DNA from: Microcystis wesenbergii Mw_QC_B_20070930_S4
Lineage (GTDB): Bacteria; Cyanobacteriota; Cyanobacteriia; Cyanobacteriales; Microcystaceae
DNA: 64,000 nucleotides
NCBI GenBank assembly: GCA_007096525.1
Contig: SFAQ01000031.1
Location: forward strand, 15,666 to 79,665
Reading direction: 5' to 3'
The position numbers and the translations under genes are program-made. Of this stretch, positions 21,257 to 30,124 are shown piece after piece; the first letter of the stretch is position 1; each line of letters opens with the position of its first letter. A model generated the notes under the pieces. That model did not search any database and had not been told where the DNA came from. It saw only the letters and a list, made by a program, of their open reading frames with translations.

Positions 21257-21528
21257 ACACCCAGTAACACCATTATGGTTTTGTTTGTTTTCTCTGCCCG
21301 AGAAATTTAACGAACGTTAAAACTCTAGCAGATCGCTTACTCTCAGTAAATCCCAGCTTGACCAGTGACTAAAGAGACACTGCTTCAGGTCTGATACTGG
21401 TCAGCCGTTAGCATTAAGTTTTTATCTTGCCATATCTTAGCTTTTTTCGGTTTGGCTCTATCCCCACTTCACCCTCTAGGATTATTGCCACCTCGGTTGG
21501 TGAACAATTAATTACGCCAGCGCCGATG

Positions 21529-22404
21529 TCAACCTTTCTTTTGTAATAACTGTACCAGCTGCGAGACCTGTTGGCGATTGAACATTTCCAGCAGGGTACT
21601 AGCTACCAATTCCGGTTCCAGGGTAATCAGGATTTGTGGTAATTTAGCGGTGGCTAATAACTGCAATTCTTGACTGACGGTGATTTCTTCCCCGCGACCC
21701 CATTCTAATAAATCATTAGCTTGTTTTAATTCTTTAATAATAACCGGGGCGAGAGTACGATAGGAATGTTTGGGGTTAGCCAGGGCTGATTGGGCATTTT
21801 TAACTAAATATTGCCATTTTTTCTGTTCTGAAGCCAATTGAAGAGATAAAGTTAATTTTTGTAATTGCTGACGGGAAGCACTGGTTTCTTCCTGTTTGAA
21901 CAGTTGTAACATCTGCTTGAGGATATCTCTGACGCTGATGGAGATAGAAGAGGCTGCCGCCATAGCTGGGGTAGATTTTCCTTGGCCGAGAAGATAGTTA
22001 AGATGGGCCTGTAATTCGGCAAAAGTCGGTTCACCTTTTTTAACGATAGCGTTAGCTTCCTCGGCTTGCAAACCTAAGGGACTCTGCAGCTTATTGATCA
22101 ATATCTTAAGCAGATCATAACCCTTGAGGAACAAAGATTCTAATTTTTGATCCACTTGTAGGGGATTTTCTTTCAGTATTTTAAAAGCATCCTCAAGACG
22201 GTGAGCCGTTTTTTGGATACTGCTATAACCTAAGATGGCCGCCCCCCCCTTGATGGAATGGGCGGCACGAAACATCTCGTTAATCTTTTCAGTGTCGTTC
22301 ACGAGATTGCCTAAGTCTAAAATCCCCTGCTCCAAAATTTGGAGGTGTTCTTTTGCTTCTTCGATGAATATACCGAGAATTTTCCGAGCGTTAGCGTAGT
22401 CCAA
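21529..22404 (-). CDS. Stand-alone CheA-like Hpt-domain protein
   Basis: FIEEAKEHL and MFRAAHSIKGGA; no kinase domain; TTG start. Confidence 0.8.
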   Translation of the reverse strand: MDYANARKILGIFIEEAKEHLQILEQGILDLGNLVNDTEKINEMFRAAHSIKGGAAILGYSSIQKTAHRLEDAFKILKENPLQVDQKLESLFLKGYDLLKILINKLQSPLGLQAEEANAIVKKGEPTFAELQAHLNYLLGQGKSTPAMAAASSISISVRDILKQMLQLFKQEETSASRQQLQKLTLSLQLASEQKKWQYLVKNAQSALANPKHSYRTLAPVIIKELKQANDLLEWGRGEEITVSQELQLLATAKLPQILITLEPELVASTLLEMFNRQQVSQLVQLLQKKG

Positions 22405-22815
22405 GGTCTTATCCCCCTTATCAAGATGCTGTCCAATCCTAGATTGCCCAGTTTTTCAGGAAATATATCAGTTATTAGGCAATGGCTAGGAAAACTGGCC
22501 CTGACGGACACAAGCTAAGTTCAAAAGCCTGCCCACAAAAGTTCTCAGCTTCTCTTGCTCAAAATAGAGCGAGCAACGGCAGGCAAAAACCTAAGGAAAG
22601 AATCGGGGATGGGAGCAAGCTGACTAGAAATTATTATTGATCCGTGGCAGCTAGTCAACAGCTTAGAGGGAATTAGAGTTAGATGGACTGATTCACTGAG
22701 AAGTTTATCCAGAAATTCCTCCCAAATTTGAATACTCTTTCACCGCTTTCGCAGAAACCATGAAACCGATTATTCTGCCAATGCACCAATTAGGAATTGA
22801 GAAAAATACCAGACT

Positions 22816-23244
22816 TTAAGGTTTTAAATTTCCTCCTCGAATAAACCAAGTAATTGTGGCACTGGTAAAAGCGGTGATAGCGACAATAGCTATTTGTTTC
22901 CAGTTTTTTAATTCCCCAACTTTCTCGATTAAATCGGGAATTTTTTGGGTTAATACTGCTTGGGATTGAATTGTTCCTTCAATTTTAGCCGTGATAATTT
23001 TGACTTCTGTGATTTCTTTCTGTAGGTTAATAAATTGCTGGTTATTTTCTTCTCTTAGGGTTTCTAGTTGTTGGCGATTATCTTCCTTTAGCGTATCAAT
23101 TTGCTTGCGGGTTTCTTCTCGCAGGGAACTTATTTGCTCGCGGTTTTCCTGTCGCAGGGAAATCATTTGATCCCGGTTTTCTTGTCGCATTGCCGAGAGT
23201 AAGTCTTTCAATTCTTGAATATCATTGCTAGTAACAGTAGTCAT
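22816..23244 (-). CDS. Coiled-coil protein with 11-aa repeats and a C-terminal TM segment
   Basis: Five RxENRxQxxxL-type repeats; WKQIAIVAITAF tail. Confidence 0.7.
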   Translation of the reverse strand: MTTVTSNDIQELKDLLSAMRQENRDQMISLRQENREQISSLREETRKQIDTLKEDNRQQLETLREENNQQFINLQKEITEVKIITAKIEGTIQSQAVLTQKIPDLIEKVGELKNWKQIAIVAITAFTSATITWFIRGGNLKP

Positions 23245-23274
23245 ACAATTAACATCAGGCACTCTTTAATTTTA

Positions 23275-24936
23275 TTATACTTCACCTACGCTAAAAAGGT
23301 CAAATTCATCAAATTTAATTACCTCGGAGTCAGGATAACGAGTATCAAAACGATAACTGATCACGGTTCCTTTTTCTGTATCTAAAATGCTAAAAACCGT
23401 TACATCATTACTGGCAATATAGGGTAAAGGTTGATTAACCCAATCCACTAGAGGGGCAATATTCGGGATAATTGCTTCTAATCCATTGGGATTACTGATC
23501 GCCGCATAATTTCTATCGAGAGGTACAGGACGTTTTTTATCACCTAAATAAGCACCATAACTATTACCAACGTTAGAAGATTCGAGAAAATTCATACCGT
23601 TAGGACTAAGAAAACGATTCCATAAATGAGAATGCCCATAAAAAACCAAATTAACCTTGGCTGATTCTAATAAAGGAATTAGATCACGAATAATATAATC
23701 ATTTTCTTGGGGATAATCATAACGTACTGATCTAACTTTTCCCGTGATATCCTCTTGAATTGTCGGCACGGGATCGGTGTAGGGTGGAACGATATTTACC
23801 CCTAGGGTATGGGGAGGATGATGAAACATAACTACTTTATATTTAGCTTCTTGAAATTCTCGACTATTTAACTCTTTTTCTAACCATTGATATTGAGTAC
23901 TACCCTGAACAATTGGCTCAAAAATATGCTGACCATAACCCCAGCGATCTGGTCTATCTAAATCTCTTTGATTTTCATAATATCTTCCCCTTGCACTGGC
24001 TTCTAAATTGGGATTTCTCCAGATATTAGTAACATATAAAACCACTAAACGAACATCACCAAAAGTCAGAGAATAATATTTATTTTGAGGCAAAGAAAAA
24101 ATTTCTTCGTAGGTTTCTGTGTTGAAAGTATTATTTTTTAACCAGTTTTCATTAATTGCTGCTGTATCCTCTGCTAGTTTTTTAGCAATAAATTCAGGAA
24201 TAGCATCTTCAAACTGTTCATTTAAACCTCTGGAATTAGAAAATCTGCCCATAACTTCATGATTACCAATAGCAGGAAATAAGGGCGCATTTTGAATAAT
24301 TTCCCCCCCTTTATAAATAGTCTGAATACCATTCTTTGTAAGAGTATAATTAGCACGACCTTGTAAACAGGGAAAGAATGCCCCACCGCGACTATCATCA
24401 AACCATTCGGAAGCTCGATCGGGTATATTAACTAAATCTCCTGCTAAAAAAACTGCATCTACCTGTCCAATAGTTTCGCTAACTTTTTGCAAATTAGCGG
24501 CAGTCATCGGCATTAATTGATGATCGGAAGTGAGCAGAATTTTGAGATTAGTTCCTTTTTTTGGTCTTGGGGTAAGGGTATAAATATCACTTCTAATCGC
24601 TGTATTTTCTTGAAAACTGGTGACTTGATAGGGAATCCTTTCCCCGGGATTTAAATCAGTAATTTCGGCCTGATGTCGCCAGATTTCTCGATCGGTTAAA
24701 GATTGATAAGCTTCAACGGTTCTCGATTGAGCATCTTCTCTAACTCTAGTTAATTTGCTAGTGCGAGCGGGTGCTATTTTCTCTAGTTTTTCCCCGTAGC
24801 GCACCTGATGACAAGTGCCAAAAAATTCCGTAAACCAAATCACTTGTATTGATGTTTCGGTGGGTAATTGTAAAAAAGGTTCGGTTAAAAGTTGATCCTT
24901 GTTCATTGTCGCTAAAAGATAACTGCTGTACTGCAT
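23275..24936 (-). CDS. Metallophosphoesterase (purple-acid-phosphatase-like)
   Basis: SDHQ, GDLV, GNHE, HH and GHSH motifs. Confidence 0.85.
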   Translation of the reverse strand: MQYSSYLLATMNKDQLLTEPFLQLPTETSIQVIWFTEFFGTCHQVRYGEKLEKIAPARTSKLTRVREDAQSRTVEAYQSLTDREIWRHQAEITDLNPGERIPYQVTSFQENTAIRSDIYTLTPRPKKGTNLKILLTSDHQLMPMTAANLQKVSETIGQVDAVFLAGDLVNIPDRASEWFDDSRGGAFFPCLQGRANYTLTKNGIQTIYKGGEIIQNAPLFPAIGNHEVMGRFSNSRGLNEQFEDAIPEFIAKKLAEDTAAINENWLKNNTFNTETYEEIFSLPQNKYYSLTFGDVRLVVLYVTNIWRNPNLEASARGRYYENQRDLDRPDRWGYGQHIFEPIVQGSTQYQWLEKELNSREFQEAKYKVVMFHHPPHTLGVNIVPPYTDPVPTIQEDITGKVRSVRYDYPQENDYIIRDLIPLLESAKVNLVFYGHSHLWNRFLSPNGMNFLESSNVGNSYGAYLGDKKRPVPLDRNYAAISNPNGLEAIIPNIAPLVDWVNQPLPYIASNDVTVFSILDTEKGTVISYRFDTRYPDSEVIKFDEFDLFSVGEV

Positions 24937-25012
24937 TTAAACAGTCTTAAGGAGTAATTGAGATAGTCCACAGCTTCACTGGCAATAACTAGCAGATTCC
25001 CTATTTTATCGG

Positions 25013-26755
25013 CTAATGTAAAACCTTAGACTCTAACTGCTGCTGTTGCCAGAGATTTTGATAGACTCCGGAGACTGCGATTAACTCCTCGTGGGTTCCC
25101 ATCTGGACAATTTCTCCGCGATCCATGACAAAAATGCGATCGGCAGTGGCAGCGGCCGATAATTGATGGGAGATAAAAATCACGGTTTTTTGGCTTTCTT
25201 GGGCGAGATTTTCCAAAATAGCCGTGGCCGTTTGATTATCGACGCTAGATAGGGCATCATCAAGGATTAAAATCGGTGCTTGGATGGCTAAAGCGCGCGC
25301 TAAAGAGGCCCGTTGACGTTGACCCCCGGAAAGAGTAATCCCACGTTCTCCCACTAAAGTGCCGTATTTTTGCGGGAAATTATCGATTTCTTCCTCAATT
25401 CTCGCTTGTTTGGCCGCCGATGCCACTGCCAGAAAACTCAGCAGCGGATCGCCATAACGGATATTATCTTCAATGGTGGTACTAAATAAAAAACTTTCTT
25501 GGGGAACATAAGCGATCGCTTTTCGTAGATCTTCAAGGGCAATTTGAGTGACATCTTGATCATCAATAAATAACTGTCCTTCAGCAATATTCAAAAGACG
25601 GGGAACAGCGTTAGCAAGGGTAGATTTTCCCGACCCGATCGCACCGACGACCGCTACCGTTTCCCCCGGGTTAATGGTAAAAGAAAGAGATTTTAAGGCT
25701 GGTTCCTTAGCATCAGGATAGAAAAAAGTCAAGGCTTTGGCGGTAATTTTTCCTTGAATATTTTTTAGGTGAATACAATCGGCATTGTCTTTAATTTTAG
25801 CCTCAGCTAACAGGATAGTTTCTAGGCGATCGATACTCACTTCTCCCTGTTGGTAGGCCGTAATAGTGAAACCTAATAAAGCAGTGGGAAAAACTAATCT
25901 TTCTGCCAAAATTAACAGAGCAATAAAGTCTCCAATGGTGATATTATCCGATATAATTTGTCTAGTACCGAGGGCAAGCAACGCCAATAAACTCACATAG
26001 GATAAAGCTTCAATCAGGGGAAAAAGAAAATTACGAGTCTGGACTAAATCTAAATTAGCCTGTAATAATTTGCGATTTCTTTGTTTAAATGCTAGGTGCT
26101 CGTTAGCTTCTTGGGCATAGATTTTAATCAGAGTGATACCACTCATATCCTCTTGAATTAAATCGCTTAGATGCGAGAGTTTTTCTTGTACTGTTTTCTG
26201 TTGCCGCTGCAGACGACCACTAAATAACTGCACAGCAATTAACATCAAAGGATAGACAGAAATAGCGGCGATTGAAAGGGGAATATGAATCGCTAACATC
26301 ACGGGCAAAGTTAACCCATATGCAAAAAAAGTATTGGCCAAACTGAGCAAAGCAAAACCCACCAGACGACGCACATTATCTACATCGCTAGTGGCACGGT
26401 TGATTAAATCTCCTGAAGTTTGTCGAGAAAAATAAGCAGGTTCAAGGGTTAATAAATGCTCAAATATTTTTTGTTTAAGATCGAACTCTACCTGACGGCC
26501 GATCCCGAATAATAACACTCTGGAAATCATGCGGATAAACCACATAATCGAGGCTAAAGCGACAATGACAATCACATAGTAAATGATTTTTTGGAAATCA
26601 AAGGATTTACTCAAATCATCGATGCTATCCCGGATTAAAAGCGGTATATAAACACCCAAAAGATTAACAATAAGCAGAGTAACTACCCCCCCAGTGACTA
26701 TTTGCCAATAGGGACGTAGATAATTTGCTAGTTTTTTAATGCGAGAATAAGCCAT
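25013..26755 (-). CDS. ABC exporter, fused permease/ATPase
   Basis: GAIGSGKST, LSGGQRQR, ILILDD; N-terminal TM domain. Confidence 0.93.
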   Translation of the reverse strand: MAYSRIKKLANYLRPYWQIVTGGVVTLLIVNLLGVYIPLLIRDSIDDLSKSFDFQKIIYYVIVIVALASIMWFIRMISRVLLFGIGRQVEFDLKQKIFEHLLTLEPAYFSRQTSGDLINRATSDVDNVRRLVGFALLSLANTFFAYGLTLPVMLAIHIPLSIAAISVYPLMLIAVQLFSGRLQRQQKTVQEKLSHLSDLIQEDMSGITLIKIYAQEANEHLAFKQRNRKLLQANLDLVQTRNFLFPLIEALSYVSLLALLALGTRQIISDNITIGDFIALLILAERLVFPTALLGFTITAYQQGEVSIDRLETILLAEAKIKDNADCIHLKNIQGKITAKALTFFYPDAKEPALKSLSFTINPGETVAVVGAIGSGKSTLANAVPRLLNIAEGQLFIDDQDVTQIALEDLRKAIAYVPQESFLFSTTIEDNIRYGDPLLSFLAVASAAKQARIEEEIDNFPQKYGTLVGERGITLSGGQRQRASLARALAIQAPILILDDALSSVDNQTATAILENLAQESQKTVIFISHQLSAAATADRIFVMDRGEIVQMGTHEELIAVSGVYQNLWQQQQLESKVLH

Positions 26756-26811
26756 ATTCAGTTATCAGTTATCAGTTATCAGTTATCAGTGAGCAGTTAT
26801 CAGTTATCAGT
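26755..26811. repeat. TCAGTTA heptamer tandem repeat
   Basis: About eight degenerate units directly upstream of the ABC gene. Confidence 0.9.
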
Positions 26812-26849
26812 TAGAACAGGTAAAAGGGGGAATAGCCACCCAAGAACTT

Positions 26850-26987
26850 TTATTTTTTCTCCTTGTCCTGATTTGGCGGCGGTTTAACATTAGAACCACC
26901 CTGGGGAGGTTTACCGGGGGGTCTATCAATTTTAGCTTGATAGCCGTCATTAAATTTATCAGCCCGTCTTTCTTGTTTTTCGGACAT
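26850..26987 (-). CDS. 45-aa Pro/Gly/Lys-rich small protein, not in the ORF track
   Basis: MSEKQERRADKFNDGYQAKIDRPPGKPPQGGSNVKPPPNQDKEKK*; AGAGG 8 nt upstream of the ATG. Confidence 0.5.
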   Translation of the reverse strand: MSEKQERRADKFNDGYQAKIDRPPGKPPQGGSNVKPPPNQDKEKK

Positions 26988-27062
26988 TTAAGTTACCTCT
27001 GTTTGATGCTGCCAAAATTCAATATAGCGAATTTACTCTGCATTAATCCAAATAAGCTGCCC
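26988..27062 (-). pseudogene. C-terminal relic of a gene that was coupled to the small ORF
   Basis: Reads GQLIWINAE*IRYIEFWQHQTEVT*, ending TAA directly before the small ORF ATG; one internal stop. Confidence 0.35.
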
Positions 27063-27176
27063 GCGCAGGCTGCATCTCAATTCCAGTAATCAGTGAACTG
27101 CAAACTCAAATCTGATAACTGATTCAAGATAGCTAAAAACCCCCATCACCCTACCATGCGTTTCAGACAAATTTTT

Positions 27177-27191
27177 ATGCTCTTATTACAT
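27177..27191 (+). promoter_or_regulatory. Putative NtcB (LysR) box ATN11AT
   Basis: ATGCTCTTATTACAT, centred ~29 bp upstream of the NtcA site centre. Confidence 0.55.
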
Positions 27192-27206
27192 GACTGGCAA
27201 TATTTT

Positions 27207-27247
27207 GTAACAATCTATACGAATTTTCTCGTTGAAGACTGTAAATT
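27207..27247 (+). promoter_or_regulatory. NtcA-activated promoter of nrtABCD
   Basis: GTA-ACAATCTA-TAC (27207-27220), 21 nt, then TAAATT (TAN3T -10 box). Confidence 0.8.
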
Positions 27248-27566
27248 TAAGTTAATTGCTTCGGTGATAACCCTAAAATAAAGTGATCTTTCTAGCTCAG
27301 ATGACTAAAAACCGACCCTATCTATCGACTCCTCAAAACTGTTATGCTTCTAGGAAAAATCTCTTAGACAAAAACTCCTGCTAAATCTCTCTAGATGGAG
27401 AAGCAAAAGCGATCGAGAGATAAAAATAGTTACAGCATCCTTACTCAATCAACAGTTACTTTCAAGAAATTTTCTCGGTGATCACCGCAGTCAGTGAGGG
27501 GAAGTAATGAGAATTTTTCACCGTTTCATCACCTTTGTTTAGTTTCTAATCACGATTTTTTAGTCC

Positions 27567-28889
27567 ATGAGTAAACTTTCTAGACGTAGATTTATCTTCA
27601 CTGCCGGGGCAACTGCCGTAGGAACCGCAATTCTCCACGGTTGCGCCACTCCCAATAATACCGCCACCAGTCCCTCCCCCGCCGGCAGTCCTGCCGCTTC
27701 CCCCGTTGCCGGTGGAGAAACTCCCGAAGTCACCACCGCTAAACTAGGTTTTATTGCCCTCACTGACTCTGCCCCCTTAATTATCGCCAAAGAAAAAGGT
27801 TTATTCGCTAAACACGGGATGCCCGATGTGCAAGTGATGAAACAAGCCTCTTGGGCTGCCACCCGGGATAACCTCGAATTAGGTTCGGCGGGTAACGGTA
27901 TCGATGGGGCGCATATTTTATCCCCCATACCCTACCTGATGACCTTGGGCAAAATCACCAAACAGCCCGTACCGATGTATATCTTGGCACGGTTGAATAC
28001 CAACGGTCAAGCGATTTCGATCACTAACGAATACATAGACCTGAAAGTGGCCCTCGATAGCGGTGTACTTAAAGAATCCTTCGCTAAAGCTAAATCTGCG
28101 GGCAAAGAAGTTAAAGCCGCCGTCACTTTCCCCGGTGGTAATCACGATCTCTGGATGCGCTATTGGTTAGCCGCCGGTGGCATCGATCCGAATAAAGACC
28201 TATCCCTAATTGTTGTTCCTCCGCCACAAATGGTGGCCAACATGAAAGTCGGCACGATGCAAGCTTTCTGTGTGGGGGAACCTTGGAATGCCCAATTAGT
28301 TAACAAAAAACTCGGTTACACTGCCCTGATCACCGGAGAATTCTGGAAGGATCACCCCGAAAAAGCCTTCGCTTTACGCGCCGATTGGGTGGATAAAAAT
28401 CCCAAAGCGGCAAAAGCTTTAACCATGGCTGTTCTGGAGGCGCAACAATGGTGCAACGATCCAGCTAATGTTAAGGAAATGTGCGAGATTATTTCAGGAC
28501 GGGAATGGCTGAAAATTGACCCCGCCGATATCTTGGGAAGAATGCAGGGTAATATCGATTTCGGTGATGGTCGCAAGATCGAAAATAGCCCCGTAGCCAT
28601 GAAATTCTGGGCTGATAACGCTTCCTATCCCTACAAGAGTCATGATACTTGGTTTGTGACTGAAGACATCCGTTGGGGCTATATTCCCGCCGATACGGAC
28701 ATCAAAGCTTTAGTTGATAAAGTTAACCGGGAAGATATCTGGAGAGAAGCCGCCACAGCCCTCAATGTTCCGGCTGATCAAATTCCCACCTCTACCTCTC
28801 GCGGTGTGGAAACTTTCTTTGATGGTGTTACTTTTGACCCTGAAAATCCCACCGCTTACCTGAAATCTCTCAAGATTAAAAAGGTTTAA
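27567..28889 (+). CDS. nrtA: Nitrate/nitrite ABC transporter substrate-binding lipoprotein
   Basis: Tat-like SRRRF, lipobox LHGC, KLGFIALTD, FCVGEPW; NtcA promoter upstream. Confidence 0.92.
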   Translation: MSKLSRRRFIFTAGATAVGTAILHGCATPNNTATSPSPAGSPAASPVAGGETPEVTTAKLGFIALTDSAPLIIAKEKGLFAKHGMPDVQVMKQASWAATRDNLELGSAGNGIDGAHILSPIPYLMTLGKITKQPVPMYILARLNTNGQAISITNEYIDLKVALDSGVLKESFAKAKSAGKEVKAAVTFPGGNHDLWMRYWLAAGGIDPNKDLSLIVVPPPQMVANMKVGTMQAFCVGEPWNAQLVNKKLGYTALITGEFWKDHPEKAFALRADWVDKNPKAAKALTMAVLEAQQWCNDPANVKEMCEIISGREWLKIDPADILGRMQGNIDFGDGRKIENSPVAMKFWADNASYPYKSHDTWFVTEDIRWGYIPADTDIKALVDKVNREDIWREAATALNVPADQIPTSTSRGVETFFDGVTFDPENPTAYLKSLKIKKV

Positions 28890-29048
28890 ATCAGTGATCA
28901 GTAATCAGTAGTCAGTCAACAGTTAAACATGATTTGCTGATAACTGGTAATTAATAACTGATAACTAAAATACTTGGGAATCAAGGCAAGATCAACGCTG
29001 ATAACTGAACCACTGAACCACTGATAACTCAACCACTGATAACTGATT

Positions 29049-29876
29049 ATGGCTGTTTCTATTTCTCGTCGTTCTAAGAGTCCGAAATGGGTAAAAGACC
29101 TCAAAAAAAAATTACCCAAACTAGCAACTTCGGTGATTGCTTTATTAATTTTCCTTGCCCTCTGGCAAATACTCTGTTTTAGTCCCGATGCCCCCCTTCC
29201 TAGTCCCACCAAAGTGGTTAGCGATACCTGGGAATTAATTATTAATCCCTTCTTCAATAATGGTGGCACGGATGTGGGGTTATTCTGGCAAATTTTCGCT
29301 AGTTTACAACGGGTAGCCGTCGGTTTTACCCTTGCCGCTATTGTTGGCATCGCTGCGGGTATTTTAATCGGTAGCAATGCCCTAATTTATGATGCGATCG
29401 ATCCGATTTTCCAAATCCTGCGTACCGTTCCCCCCCTAGCTTGGCTACCCATCTCCCTAGCGGCTTTTCGCAATAACGAACCTAGTGCCATATTTGTAAT
29501 TTTTATTACAGCAATTTGGCCAATTATTATTAACACAGCCGTGGGAGTACAACAGGTTCCCCAAGACTATAAAAACGTTTCTAGAGTGCTAAAATTATCC
29601 AAAGTTGAATACTTTTTCAATATTCTTTTTCCCGCCACCGTTCCCTACGTTTTCACGGGATTAAGAATCGGTATCGGTTTATCTTGGTTGGCGATTGTAG
29701 CGGCGGAAATGCTGATCGGTGGCGTGGGAATTGGCTTCTTTATCTGGGATGCGTGGAATAGTTCTATGATTAGTGAAATTATCCTCGCCCTGATTTATGT
29801 GGGTATTGTTGGGTTCTTACTCGATCGCCTCATGGCCTACATCGCTAAATTAGTTGTACCCGAAGAAAATAAATAA
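29049..29876 (+). CDS. nrtB: Nitrate ABC transporter permease
   Basis: SLQRVAVG, PPLAWLPI, SWLAIVAAEM. Confidence 0.92.
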   Translation: MAVSISRRSKSPKWVKDLKKKLPKLATSVIALLIFLALWQILCFSPDAPLPSPTKVVSDTWELIINPFFNNGGTDVGLFWQIFASLQRVAVGFTLAAIVGIAAGILIGSNALIYDAIDPIFQILRTVPPLAWLPISLAAFRNNEPSAIFVIFITAIWPIIINTAVGVQQVPQDYKNVSRVLKLSKVEYFFNILFPATVPYVFTGLRIGIGLSWLAIVAAEMLIGGVGIGFFIWDAWNSSMISEIILALIYVGIVGFLLDRLMAYIAKLVVPEENK

Positions 29877-30124
29877 GTTTAATTGTGACGAGTAGATAAA
29901 AGTGGGTGAGTTTCAAAACTAAATTATTAGCTACCAAACCCACCCCACACCCGATAACAAGGGTCGAATCTAAAACCTAACTTGTTAAGCTAAAAGCTTT
30001 GATCTACCTAGTTTATAACCTTCTTGTTAGATAGGAGAATTGCCAGATTCTTTCTTTTGCCTCTTGCCTGTTGCCTCTTGCCTTCAGAAGCTAATAACTG
30101 ATAACTGATAACTGATAACTGAAA

